Part shown: one piece after another, positions 56,655 through 64,000 of the stretch
Position numbering within the stretch: the stretch's first letter is position 1
Layout: each line of letters begins with the position of its first letter
Assembly (NCBI GenBank): GCA_963692915.1
Contig: OY843584.1
Span: 1,216,001-1,280,000, forward strand
Length of the DNA: 64,000 nt
Source: Cenarchaeum sp.
GTDB taxonomy: Archaea > Thermoproteota > Nitrososphaeria > Nitrososphaerales > Nitrosopumilaceae
Direction of reading: 5' to 3'
Notes under the pieces: model-generated
Seen by the model: only the letters and a program-made list of their open reading frames with translations
Told to the model about the DNA's origin: nothing
The model's database searches: none
Program-made: the position numbers and the translations under genes

Positions 56655-57701
56655 CTAGGCGCCCCCAAGCGAGGTGGCCTTTTCGATGTTCATGTTGAGA
56701 ACCGTCTCGGCGATGTCACCGGCGTACTCGGAGACGCGCCGAATGTCCTCGGCAACCCTCCTTGCGCGATAGCCCTCCTCGGTGCGCCCGCGCCGCGTCA
56801 GCTCGAGAACCTCCTTTTCGAGCTGCACGAGTCCGGTCGTGTCGACTGTCTGCTCGGCGAGCGCATAGTTGCCAGTAAAGAGTGCCGTGCACGCGTCATC
56901 TAGTGCCGAGGAGGCATGCTCGGCCATCGCGCCAAGCTTGGCTGAGAGTGTCGCGCCGATCGCCGACTTGAACTCTAGTGGGTCGCGCGCAATGGCGACT
57001 GCGTGGTCGCCGGATCGCTCGACGCACTTTACGACAAGGCGGTAGTCGAGGCAGTTGGGCGCGTTGCCTATCCCGAGGTCTCCTAGAACGCCCTCGTCAT
57101 CGACTGCGATCTTTAGCTGCCGTATTATGTAGAATCCAAACCGGTCGACCTCATCATCGGCGCTGATGACCTCGCGCGCAAGTGTTGCGTCATGGGACGC
57201 AACGGCGCTCACGGCGTCAGCTAGCATCGACTTTGAGAGGTGGAGCATGCGCTTGAACGCGCCATTGACCGAGAGAGCAACTGTGTTTACCAGGATCTGT
57301 ATCGTGATCCCGTTGCGCGAGTCCGAGATGATCTCGGCACCGACTAGCCTGCGCCGAACTGTGTCCTTTACGGCCGTGCGCTGCGATGGCCCAAAGGCCG
57401 CCGTCCCGCGCACGACGTGTATTATCGCATATCCGCGCAGGTACAGCGAGATGACCTTGCGCACGATCGACGGCGGTGAGGAGCCCTTTTCAACGCTGAC
57501 GGTGACCTCTGATGCGCCGGCGCCGGCCGAGCCGACGGCCCGCTCGTGGGGGAGTGACACGCGCATTGATGATGCCCCCTGCTTTGTGATGACGACCTGA
57601 TCGCCGCTCTTTATGCCCATCTCCTCGGCCCACTGCTTTGGAAGCGAGACGATGTACGACGAGTTTCCCGTAAATTGGATCTTGCGCGTCTCGCCCTTCA
57701 T
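56655..57701 (-). CDS. AbrB-PhoU phosphate uptake regulator
   Basis: RKIQFTGNSSYIVSLPKQW; DDEVDRF; ERSGDHA; RVSEYAGDIAE. Confidence 0.92.
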   Translation of the reverse strand: MKGETRKIQFTGNSSYIVSLPKQWAEEMGIKSGDQVVITKQGASSMRVSLPHERAVGSAGAGASEVTVSVEKGSSPPSIVRKVISLYLRGYAIIHVVRGTAAFGPSQRTAVKDTVRRRLVGAEIISDSRNGITIQILVNTVALSVNGAFKRMLHLSKSMLADAVSAVASHDATLAREVISADDEVDRFGFYIIRQLKIAVDDEGVLGDLGIGNAPNCLDYRLVVKCVERSGDHAVAIARDPLEFKSAIGATLSAKLGAMAEHASSALDDACTALFTGNYALAEQTVDTTGLVQLEKEVLELTRRGRTEEGYRARRVAEDIRRVSEYAGDIAETVLNMNIEKATSLGGA

Positions 57702-57852
57702 CAGGTATATAGGCAGACAGCACTCTATATAGAGTTTCGAGGAATGGTCAGGGCTCGGCGCGGCTGCGCGCAGGAGATGCTTAATAGCCGGACCGGCTCG
57801 TCTTGTGGTCATTGGCGGTGTGCTTTGTGGCAGTGTCACGTGGTGAGGGCGC

Positions 57853-58743
57853 GTGCGCTACCTAGGCATCTCGCACAAAAAGGGCGTGCGCGCAAGGACG
57901 GTCAGGATTCGCGCCGCGGGGGAGACTGCCGAGAGCGTGGCGTACACGGGCGATGCGAAAAACCTGCTTGCAATGATCCCTGACAGGTCCATCAAGCTCA
58001 TAGTCACATCACCACCGTACAATCTCGGAAAGGCCTATGAGAAGAGGAGGAGCATCGGGGACTATGTCGCAGGCCAGGAGGCGATGATAGCTGCGTGCGC
58101 CAAAAAGCTTCGACCAAGCGGATCCATCTGCTGGCAGACGGGAAATTATGTAAAGGACGGGCAGATAGAGCCGCTTGACATACTCCTCTATCCGATCTTT
58201 AGGCGGCTTGGGCTGAGGCTTCGGAACCGCATAGTCTGGCACTTTGGCCATGGCCTCCACTGCTCAAAGCGCCTCTCTGGCCGATACGAGACGATACTCT
58301 GGTTCACAAAGACTGACAAGTACACGTTCAGCCTAAACCCCATTCGCGTGCCGGCCAAATACCCCGGCAAAAAGTACATTCACGGAAGCCGCAGAGGCGA
58401 GCTCTCATGCAACCCGCTGGGGAAAAACCCCACTGATGTCTGGGAGATTCCAAACGTAAAGCACAACCACTGCGAAAAGACTGCCCATCCGGCACAGTTT
58501 CCCGTCGAGCTCGTCGAGCGCCTCGTCCTGTCAATGACGAGGAGGGGCGACTATGTCCTCGATCCCTATATGGGTTCAGGCTCGACGGCAGTGGCCGCGC
58601 TAAAGCACGGGAGGAGCTGCGTGGGTGCCGAGATGGACGCAGAATATTCTGCCATATGGCAGGAGAGGATCAGGCTCTTGGAGCGCGGCGAGCTTGCAAC
58701 GAGGCCAATGGGTCGCCCCATATACGGAACCGTCGCGCAATGA
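57853..58743 (+). CDS. Orphan beta-class DNA methyltransferase (resembles the M.BglII/M.BstYI m4C group)
   Basis: VTSPPYN, WHFGHGLH...SGRYETILWFTK, GKNP.DVW, HPAQFP, DPYMGSGST. Confidence 0.9.
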   Translation: MRYLGISHKKGVRARTVRIRAAGETAESVAYTGDAKNLLAMIPDRSIKLIVTSPPYNLGKAYEKRRSIGDYVAGQEAMIAACAKKLRPSGSICWQTGNYVKDGQIEPLDILLYPIFRRLGLRLRNRIVWHFGHGLHCSKRLSGRYETILWFTKTDKYTFSLNPIRVPAKYPGKKYIHGSRRGELSCNPLGKNPTDVWEIPNVKHNHCEKTAHPAQFPVELVERLVLSMTRRGDYVLDPYMGSGSTAVAALKHGRSCVGAEMDAEYSAIWQERIRLLERGELATRPMGRPIYGTVAQ

Positions 58744-58752
58744 GCCAGCTCG

Positions 58753-59715
58753 TCATGCCGAGAGATGGCGCCATCCCGAGTTGCGGATCGCAATGTTGCC
58801 CGAGTGGCCTGTTGCGCGCACCCCACGGCCGCGCGTGACGCGGCCTATCTCCAGCAAGTCGATACCAAGACCCGCGGCGCGCCGGCGCAGAGCCGCGCGC
58901 GATGACTGCCGGCACGTAAAGACCGTCTCGTACTCTTCGCCGCCATAGAGCACGAGATCCATTGCATCAAGGCCGTTTCGTGCCGCAAACTCGTCCACTC
59001 CGGCGCCGATGGGCAGCGCGTCGATCTCGAGTCCAACGCGACTCTGCGAGGCGATCTCCCAGAGCGTCGCCGCGAGGCCGTCACTAGAGTCCATCGAGGA
59101 CGTGAACGCCGGCGCGCTGCGCACGCAGAACTCTAGCGGCGGTGTTGGGCGCGCAAGTGCCCTGCGCGCCCTGGCCATAAAGCGCGCAGGGCCGACGAGG
59201 CACCGGCGCGACATCGCCACGACGAGACCCGCTGCAGCGTATCCAAAGGGACCGGTGACCATGACTGCATCACCTGCGCGCGCGCCGCCCCTGCGCGGGG
59301 GGCGTGCTGACGCATCACCTAGCATGCATACCGTGATCGACTCGTCAGCTCCCTCGTTCGTGTCACCGCCGATGACCGAGACGCCAAACTCGGCGGCCGC
59401 CGTGGCCAGGCCCGAGGCGAGCTGCCTCACGCGGGCGCGCGGCGTGGCCGGCCGCAGCGTGACTGAGGCCAGGGCCAGGCGTGGCCTCACCCCCTTTGCG
59501 GCAAAGTCGCTCACGCACGAGACGACTGACTTTCTTGCCGCCTCGCGCGCCGTCATGCCCTGTGGCACGTCCGTGCTGGCAACTAGCGTGTCGACCTTTG
59601 CTGCCAGGCGCGCACCGCCCAGGCGCAAGAGCTCGATGTCATCGCCGCTGCCGCCCAGCGCGAGCGCTCGCCGAAACTCGGCTATGACGCCGGCCTCATC
59701 AGGAGCCCTGCGCAT
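58753..59715 (-). CDS. thiL: Thiamine-monophosphate kinase
   Basis: GDD, KVDTLV, SDFAAKG, GGDTNE, MDSSDGL, GGEEYE; start taken at ATG 59715. Confidence 0.93.
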   Translation of the reverse strand: MRRAPDEAGVIAEFRRALALGGSGDDIELLRLGGARLAAKVDTLVASTDVPQGMTAREAARKSVVSCVSDFAAKGVRPRLALASVTLRPATPRARVRQLASGLATAAAEFGVSVIGGDTNEGADESITVCMLGDASARPPRRGGARAGDAVMVTGPFGYAAAGLVVAMSRRCLVGPARFMARARRALARPTPPLEFCVRSAPAFTSSMDSSDGLAATLWEIASQSRVGLEIDALPIGAGVDEFAARNGLDAMDLVLYGGEEYETVFTCRQSSRAALRRRAAGLGIDLLEIGRVTRGRGVRATGHSGNIAIRNSGWRHLSA

Positions 59716-60976
59716 GCCTCTCCACAGCCTCGCTTGCGGCGTGCGCGATCCTGCGCGCACGCTCGGCATTATCAGACTCGACAGAGACGCGCACGGCATC
59801 CTCGGTGTTTGACCCGCGAACCAGGAGCCATGTCGACTCGTCGTCAGTTCCCCTAAAGCCGCCCAGGCCGCCAGTCTCAGAGAACTCGCCGCGCATCTCC
59901 TCTCTGACAGCCTCGACGATGCGCGCGTGCTCTGGGGCGCGTGCACTAACCTTTTGCCGGATGCGATGGAGGCCCGAGACGCCGGCGATCGCCGCATCGA
60001 GCGTGCCGTCAGCTGACATTGATGCGACTATTGCGCCGGCGATCATCCCGTCCCGGCAAGTGTTGAACTCGGGAATGATCAGTCCGGCGCTGCTGCCCTC
60101 GCCTCCGGCGTCGCACGGAGTCGACTCGATCACGTCAACTACGTTGGCCTCACCGACCATTGTCGGATATACGCTCCCTCCAGCATCGCGCACCATTGCG
60201 CCAACTGCGCCACTAGTGTCCTCGCTTATCGCAAAGTTGCGCATTCCGCGTGCAAGCGACCAGGCGACTCCGGCGGCGAGTGTTGCGTCTGGTGGGCATA
60301 TTGTGCCATTGCGCGCAATGACTGCACGATCCCCGTCAAGGTCAAGTGCAACTCCCACGTCGCACTTTTGGCTCGCCTCGGCTAGCGCATCCAGGCGCGC
60401 CGATGTGGGATCCGGCCCGCCGCCAGAGACGACGTCTATGACCGTGCAGCCTACGCCCTCGAGGATGCTGCGCGCCGGTGCGGCCGCCGCGCCGCCACCG
60501 GCATCTAGTGCGACACTAGTGCCGGCAGCCACCCTGCCAAGGAGGCCGATCGCCGCAGTTGCGTATGACGCCTCGAGGTCATCCTCGGTGCCCACGCGGC
60601 CGTGGCTTTTGCCGGCGCGCCCTGTTCGTCCCAGGCTCGAGGCGTCGATGCCCCTCCCGCGCAGCGCAAACTTTAGGCCGTTCCACTCCGGCCCGTTGTG
60701 CGATGCCGTGACGGCAACTCCGGCACCGGCGCTGCGCGACTCGTAGAATATGAGCGGCGTTGGCGCAACGCCCAGGTGGAGCACGTCGAGGCCAGAGGCC
60801 ATCAGGGCCGCAGACGCGGCACGAGTCAGCATTGGGCCGGACTCGCGCGTGTCCATGCCGAGTGCGCATGACGCGCCGGCGGCCACTGCGCCAAATGACT
60901 CGCACAGGGCGGCGACCTCGCCGGGACCCATTCCGTCACCAACAATGCCCCTTGCGCCGGACACGCCCACTCTCAT
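59699..60976 (-). CDS. Phosphohexomutase (PMM/PGM/GlmM family)
   Basis: VSGARG, TASHN, DLDGDR, GGEGS, RGSNTE. Confidence 0.93.
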   Translation of the reverse strand: MRVGVSGARGIVGDGMGPGEVAALCESFGAVAAGASCALGMDTRESGPMLTRAASAALMASGLDVLHLGVAPTPLIFYESRSAGAGVAVTASHNGPEWNGLKFALRGRGIDASSLGRTGRAGKSHGRVGTEDDLEASYATAAIGLLGRVAAGTSVALDAGGGAAAAPARSILEGVGCTVIDVVSGGGPDPTSARLDALAEASQKCDVGVALDLDGDRAVIARNGTICPPDATLAAGVAWSLARGMRNFAISEDTSGAVGAMVRDAGGSVYPTMVGEANVVDVIESTPCDAGGEGSSAGLIIPEFNTCRDGMIAGAIVASMSADGTLDAAIAGVSGLHRIRQKVSARAPEHARIVEAVREEMRGEFSETGGLGGFRGTDDESTWLLVRGSNTEDAVRVSVESDNAERARRIAHAASEAVERHAQGS

Positions 60977-60996
60977 GCGTGGGCAGCCTCAAAGGC

Positions 60997-61006
60997 TTTT
61001 TATTAA
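60997..61006. promoter_or_regulatory. AT-rich TATA-like element between the divergent phosphohexomutase and tRNA-Thr genes
   Basis: TTTTTATTAA about 20-30 nt from both starts in a 52-bp intergenic gap. Confidence 0.55.
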
Positions 61007-61028
61007 CTCTGGTCAGGCACGCGTGTGC

Positions 61029-61102
61029 GCCTCGGTAGCTCAGTCTGGTAGAGCGAGCGCTTCGTAAGCGCTAGGTCGTGGGTTCAGATCCCATTCGGGG
61101 CT
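61029..61102 (+). tRNA. tRNA-Thr(CGT)
   Basis: GCCTCGG...AGCGC-TTCGTAA-GCGCT...GTGGG-TTCAGAT-CCCAT-TCGGGGC-T. Confidence 0.92.
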
Positions 61103-61108
61103 TTAAAA

Positions 61109-61195
61109 TCAATTCCGGGCGAGGTTATAGTCCTCGATGTCGACCTCGAGCTCTGCGCCGAGATCCTTCCACCATTGTGCTGCCGTATCGCCCAT
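61109..61195 (-). CDS. 28-aa acidic microprotein (not in ORF track)
   Basis: MGDTAAQWWKDLGAELEVDIEDYNLARN; TATAAA 27-32 nt upstream. Confidence 0.55.
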   Translation of the reverse strand: MGDTAAQWWKDLGAELEVDIEDYNLARN

Positions 61196-61525
61196 CCTGA
61201 CGCAGGCGCTCAGGCGGGGCCTTTATAGATCTATCGGTGGGTCGCGGATCCGTCCCGTTTTGGCCATGTTTGGCTTTTTTGGCCCTGCGATCACTCGGTT
61301 TTGGGAGTTCGCCGGCTCCACTTGCGGTACATGATGATCCCCAGTGCCCCCAGAGCGCATGACCAAAAGACCGGCCAGCCGGCCGGATCCCGCTGCGCGA
61401 TCAGGCCCAAGTACGCGTATACTGTCCCTGCGATCAGCCCAAAGCCGAGGAGCTCGAGTGCCTTGCCCATGGGGCGCGGGCCAAATCAAAAAGATATATT
61501 GTTTTGGTGCGGCCGCGCGTGCTGT

Positions 61526-61711
61526 ATGGATCGCTACCACATGATAGTCCTCATATTCATGGCCGGCGGGATGGGCATAGCGACGTACAACGCAAACTGG
61601 GTCATGTTCTGGGTCATGGTCGCCGGTGCGGTGGGCATTATCCTCTATAGCTCGTACTCGGAGGGTCGCGAGAGGCGGGCCGAGCGCAGGCGCAAGCGGC
61701 GTGGCCTATAG
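61526..61711 (+). CDS. Small two-TM membrane protein with Arg-rich tail
   Basis: MDRYHMIVLIF...ERRAERRRKRRGL; ATATATT about 28 nt upstream. Confidence 0.65.
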   Translation: MDRYHMIVLIFMAGGMGIATYNANWVMFWVMVAGAVGIILYSSYSEGRERRAERRRKRRGL

Positions 61712-61984
61712 CTCGAGGCCGAATGACTCGGCCATCGAGTGGAACTCGCGGTAGAGCTCGAGGTACTGTATGCCCTTTGGCGTGATCGCAAACGCATGTC
61801 GCCCGTCGCTCTCTATCCTGGCCATGAGGCCGGCGCCGGTGAGGTTGGTCGTCAGCCTTTGGAGTCGCGAGTGCGTAATGTTGGTCTTTATGAGGAGAAG
61901 CGTTGGGGCGATTCCGTCCGAGCCGGACTCCTTGGTCGCGTTGAGCATCGCGGCGATGATCTGCGAGCTGTTGCGATAAGTCAT
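61706..61984 (-). CDS. Winged-HTH transcription regulator (HTH_45-like)
   Basis: YRNSSQII..ML...KTNITHSRL...ITPKG.QYL...ESFGLEL. Confidence 0.85.
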   Translation of the reverse strand: MTYRNSSQIIAAMLNATKESGSDGIAPTLLLIKTNITHSRLQRLTTNLTGAGLMARIESDGRHAFAITPKGIQYLELYREFHSMAESFGLEL

Positions 61985-62349
61985 TGCCCAGCAGTCGGTA
62001 TAGTACAATATAACGTTATGCGGGGTTTTGCGGCATGGTCTGCGATCATTTTGGCCTTGTGGGGAAGATCCATGACCGTCAGCACGGGGAGGGCAGGTCC
62101 GAGAGTCCCTGCGATCACCGGATATCTCGCAGAGGTCCCTGCGATCATTTTGGCTGCGCTCATGGTCGAACCCCCGGGATCTAGTGCTGGAACGGGCGGG
62201 GTGTGAGTGCGCCCCTGACGGCGCGGGCACGCACCCCACCACAGTCTAGGCACGCAGGCCATCACCACCATTCGGCCTTGCAAAAGTCGACGAACCCACT
62301 CGCGCACGCATTTGCGTGTTAATATATGGAATGTCTGCGCGAGGCGGCC

Positions 62350-62922
62350 ATGGTCGCAGAGCGAATCCCATGGACGAGCGACTTTGTCGGCGTCGCGTAC
62401 CGCTATTATGACCTGCGCATGAACGTCGCGCCGCTCTTTGCGAACCGCAAGGAGGCCGTCGCCGCATGGCATGACACGATACGCTGGTGGATTGATCCGA
62501 CCATACGCGTCAGGTTCATCGAGGCCGGCGACGTCTATTGGTTTGCCATGGGAGCAGACTCGAAAAAGCCAGAGCAGAACGCCTCGTTCTTTAGGACTAT
62601 GCCAATGTCAGAGAACTATGAGAGGTTCAAGCGCGGCTGCGGTGGCGAGGCGTATGTGCGTCTCGGAATGTACGAAAAGAAGTCGCTCTCTGAGTCAAAG
62701 GACGACGACGTCTGCGAGTGCGGCCACGAGGGCGAGGATCACGAGGGCGACTCTTGTCTCATGGACGACTGCAAGTGCGAGTCCTTTGAGACCGTGCGAG
62801 TCACGCTATTGCACAAGAAAAAGACCGTCGGTGATATCGCGTTCCTTGACGTGGAGGCTGCGCGCGAGGACTCGCTTGCGTGGAACTGTATGTGCGCGCA
62901 CCGCCTCGGCGGCGCGTCATGA
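62350..62922 (+). CDS. Hypothetical protein with CECGH...H...C....C..F metal-binding motif
   Basis: Long ORF; TTAATATA upstream. Confidence 0.7.
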   Translation: MVAERIPWTSDFVGVAYRYYDLRMNVAPLFANRKEAVAAWHDTIRWWIDPTIRVRFIEAGDVYWFAMGADSKKPEQNASFFRTMPMSENYERFKRGCGGEAYVRLGMYEKKSLSESKDDDVCECGHEGEDHEGDSCLMDDCKCESFETVRVTLLHKKKTVGDIAFLDVEAAREDSLAWNCMCAHRLGGAS

Positions 62923-63072
62923 GATGCGCGTGTGCTCGCCCTCATAGTGCTCGCCGATAAGGTACGAATAGCACGCGCCGCACAGCGGGCTGCTGAGGTT
63001 CCATGACTCCATTGGGGCATAGCGCGGGCTCGCCGGCTTTGAGCACCGCGTGCACTTCTCCTTTCTGGCCAA
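62917..63072 (-). CDS. 51-aa CxxC...CxxC zinc-finger protein (not in ORF track)
   Basis: TTG start; MARKEKCTRCSKPASPRYAPMESWNLSSPLCGACYSYLIGEHYEGEHTRIS; TTTTTATA upstream. Confidence 0.75.
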   Translation of the reverse strand: MARKEKCTRCSKPASPRYAPMESWNLSSPLCGACYSYLIGEHYEGEHTRIS

Positions 63073-63165
63073 GCGTCAGGGATGCGCGTGTGTTGGTATA
63101 AAAACGGTGACAGATATCCGCACGGTAGCAGAGGGATAAATATGCGGGCGAGGCGGGGCGACCCC

Positions 63166-63987
63166 ATGAAGCGCGTAGCCCTTGTCACCGGATGCTCATC
63201 GGGCATCGGCCTAGAGTCGGCCCTCGCGCTCGCAAGGGAGGGATACGCCGTGCGGGCAGGCGTTCGCGACGAGTCTCGGGCCGGCCCGCTCTCCGAGGCG
63301 GCGGCTGCCGAGTCCCTCGACGTGCGAACCGTTCGCCTTGACGTCGCCGACGGCGAGTCAGTGCGCGAGGCCACCGAGTCGGTTCTCAAGGACGCCGGTG
63401 CCGTCGACGTCCTAGTCAACAACGCCGGCTATGGCCTCTTTGGGTGCGTCGAGGACATCTCGCTTGATGACATGCGCGCACAGTTTGAGACCAACTTTTT
63501 TGGGGCTGTTGCCCTCATACAGCGCCTCGCGCCGTCGATGCGCGCTCGCGGGGCGGGCCGCATAATCAACATCAGTTCCGTGGCCGGCAGGATAGGCTTT
63601 CCATGCTCGCCGGCGTACGTGAGCTCAAAGTTTGCCCTAGAGGGCCTGAGCGAGTGCATGAGGTACGAGCTCGGCCCGCACGGCATTGAGACAGTCATCA
63701 TCGAGCCCGGAGTCATAAAGACGCCGTTCATGGACAACATAGTTGTGCCCGAGTCAGCCGACTCGCCGTACGCCGAGATTACGCAAAAGGTCATCAGTGG
63801 GATCAAGATGATGGCAAGCCTCGGCACGCCGCCATCCGAGGTCGCGCGCACCGTCGTAAAGGCCGCCACCGAAGAGAATCCCCCACCGCGCTATGTCGTC
63901 GGCAATGACGCGAGCATGTTCCTCGAGACACGCGCGTCGATGACTGACGCCGAGTTTGAAGAGTATATCAAAAAAGAGCTCTATTGA
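63166..63987 (+). CDS. Short-chain dehydrogenase/reductase
   Basis: TGCSSGIG, NNAG, YVSSK, IEPG. Confidence 0.95.
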   Translation: MKRVALVTGCSSGIGLESALALAREGYAVRAGVRDESRAGPLSEAAAAESLDVRTVRLDVADGESVREATESVLKDAGAVDVLVNNAGYGLFGCVEDISLDDMRAQFETNFFGAVALIQRLAPSMRARGAGRIINISSVAGRIGFPCSPAYVSSKFALEGLSECMRYELGPHGIETVIIEPGVIKTPFMDNIVVPESADSPYAEITQKVISGIKMMASLGTPPSEVARTVVKAATEENPPPRYVVGNDASMFLETRASMTDAEFEEYIKKELY

Positions 63988-64000
63988 GGCTGCTCGTCGG

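Larger units (their letters stand above)
61283..62154 (+). repeat. Dispersed direct repeats of (CC)CTGCGATCA
   Basis: CCCTGCGATCA at 61283, 61426, 62107, 62137; CTGCGATCA at 62040; CTGCGATCATTTTGGC at 62040 and 62139. Confidence 0.8.

Noticed and set aside
59716-59997. N-terminal extension of thiL
   Set aside because: Overlaps the phosphohexomutase gene in another frame; ThiL similarity begins near 59715
3154-61102. Integrated elements at the three tRNAs
   Set aside because: No integrase and no duplicated tRNA 3' end noticed in the window
61283-62154. CRISPR array or oriC interpretation of the repeats
   Set aside because: Repeats are only 9-16 bp, irregularly spaced and interrupted by genes; no cas or orc1/cdc6 gene in the window

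Overview
Archaeal chromosomal window, most likely from a high-GC (about 60% by eye) member of the Nitrososphaerota/Thaumarchaeota (Nitrosopumilaceae, Cenarchaeum-like). The assignment is inferred from an archaeal histone, GatDE, PriSL, aIF-2beta, aIF-1A, RIO1, topoisomerase VI B, aTrm56 and the typical thaumarchaeal hypothetical proteins. Most of the window is densely packed housekeeping DNA: his genes in two blocks, purA, pyrF, apt, mtnP, thiL, glyS, uppS, HMG-CoA reductase, dnaJ, hflX and three tRNAs (Cys-GCA, Leu-CAG, Thr-CGT). Accessory signals: (i) a very AT-rich Type IIG/Eco57I-like restriction-modification gene (28483-31530) lying between a decayed and an intact copy of the purA promoter and 5' end, next to a decayed IS end; (ii) a second, better preserved IS66-like remnant upstream of hisG; (iii) two orphan beta-class DNA methyltransferases; (iv) a ubiquitin-like (MoaD/SAMP)-Cgi121 fusion beside Sua5 and THUMP genes; (v) a cluster of CCCTGCGATCA direct repeats around a wHTH gene downstream of tRNA-Thr; (vi) a probable CTG start for hisC; (vii) six small ORFs missed by the ORF track. 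No CRISPR array or rRNA was seen. All calls come from reading motifs by eye; no database searches were run.
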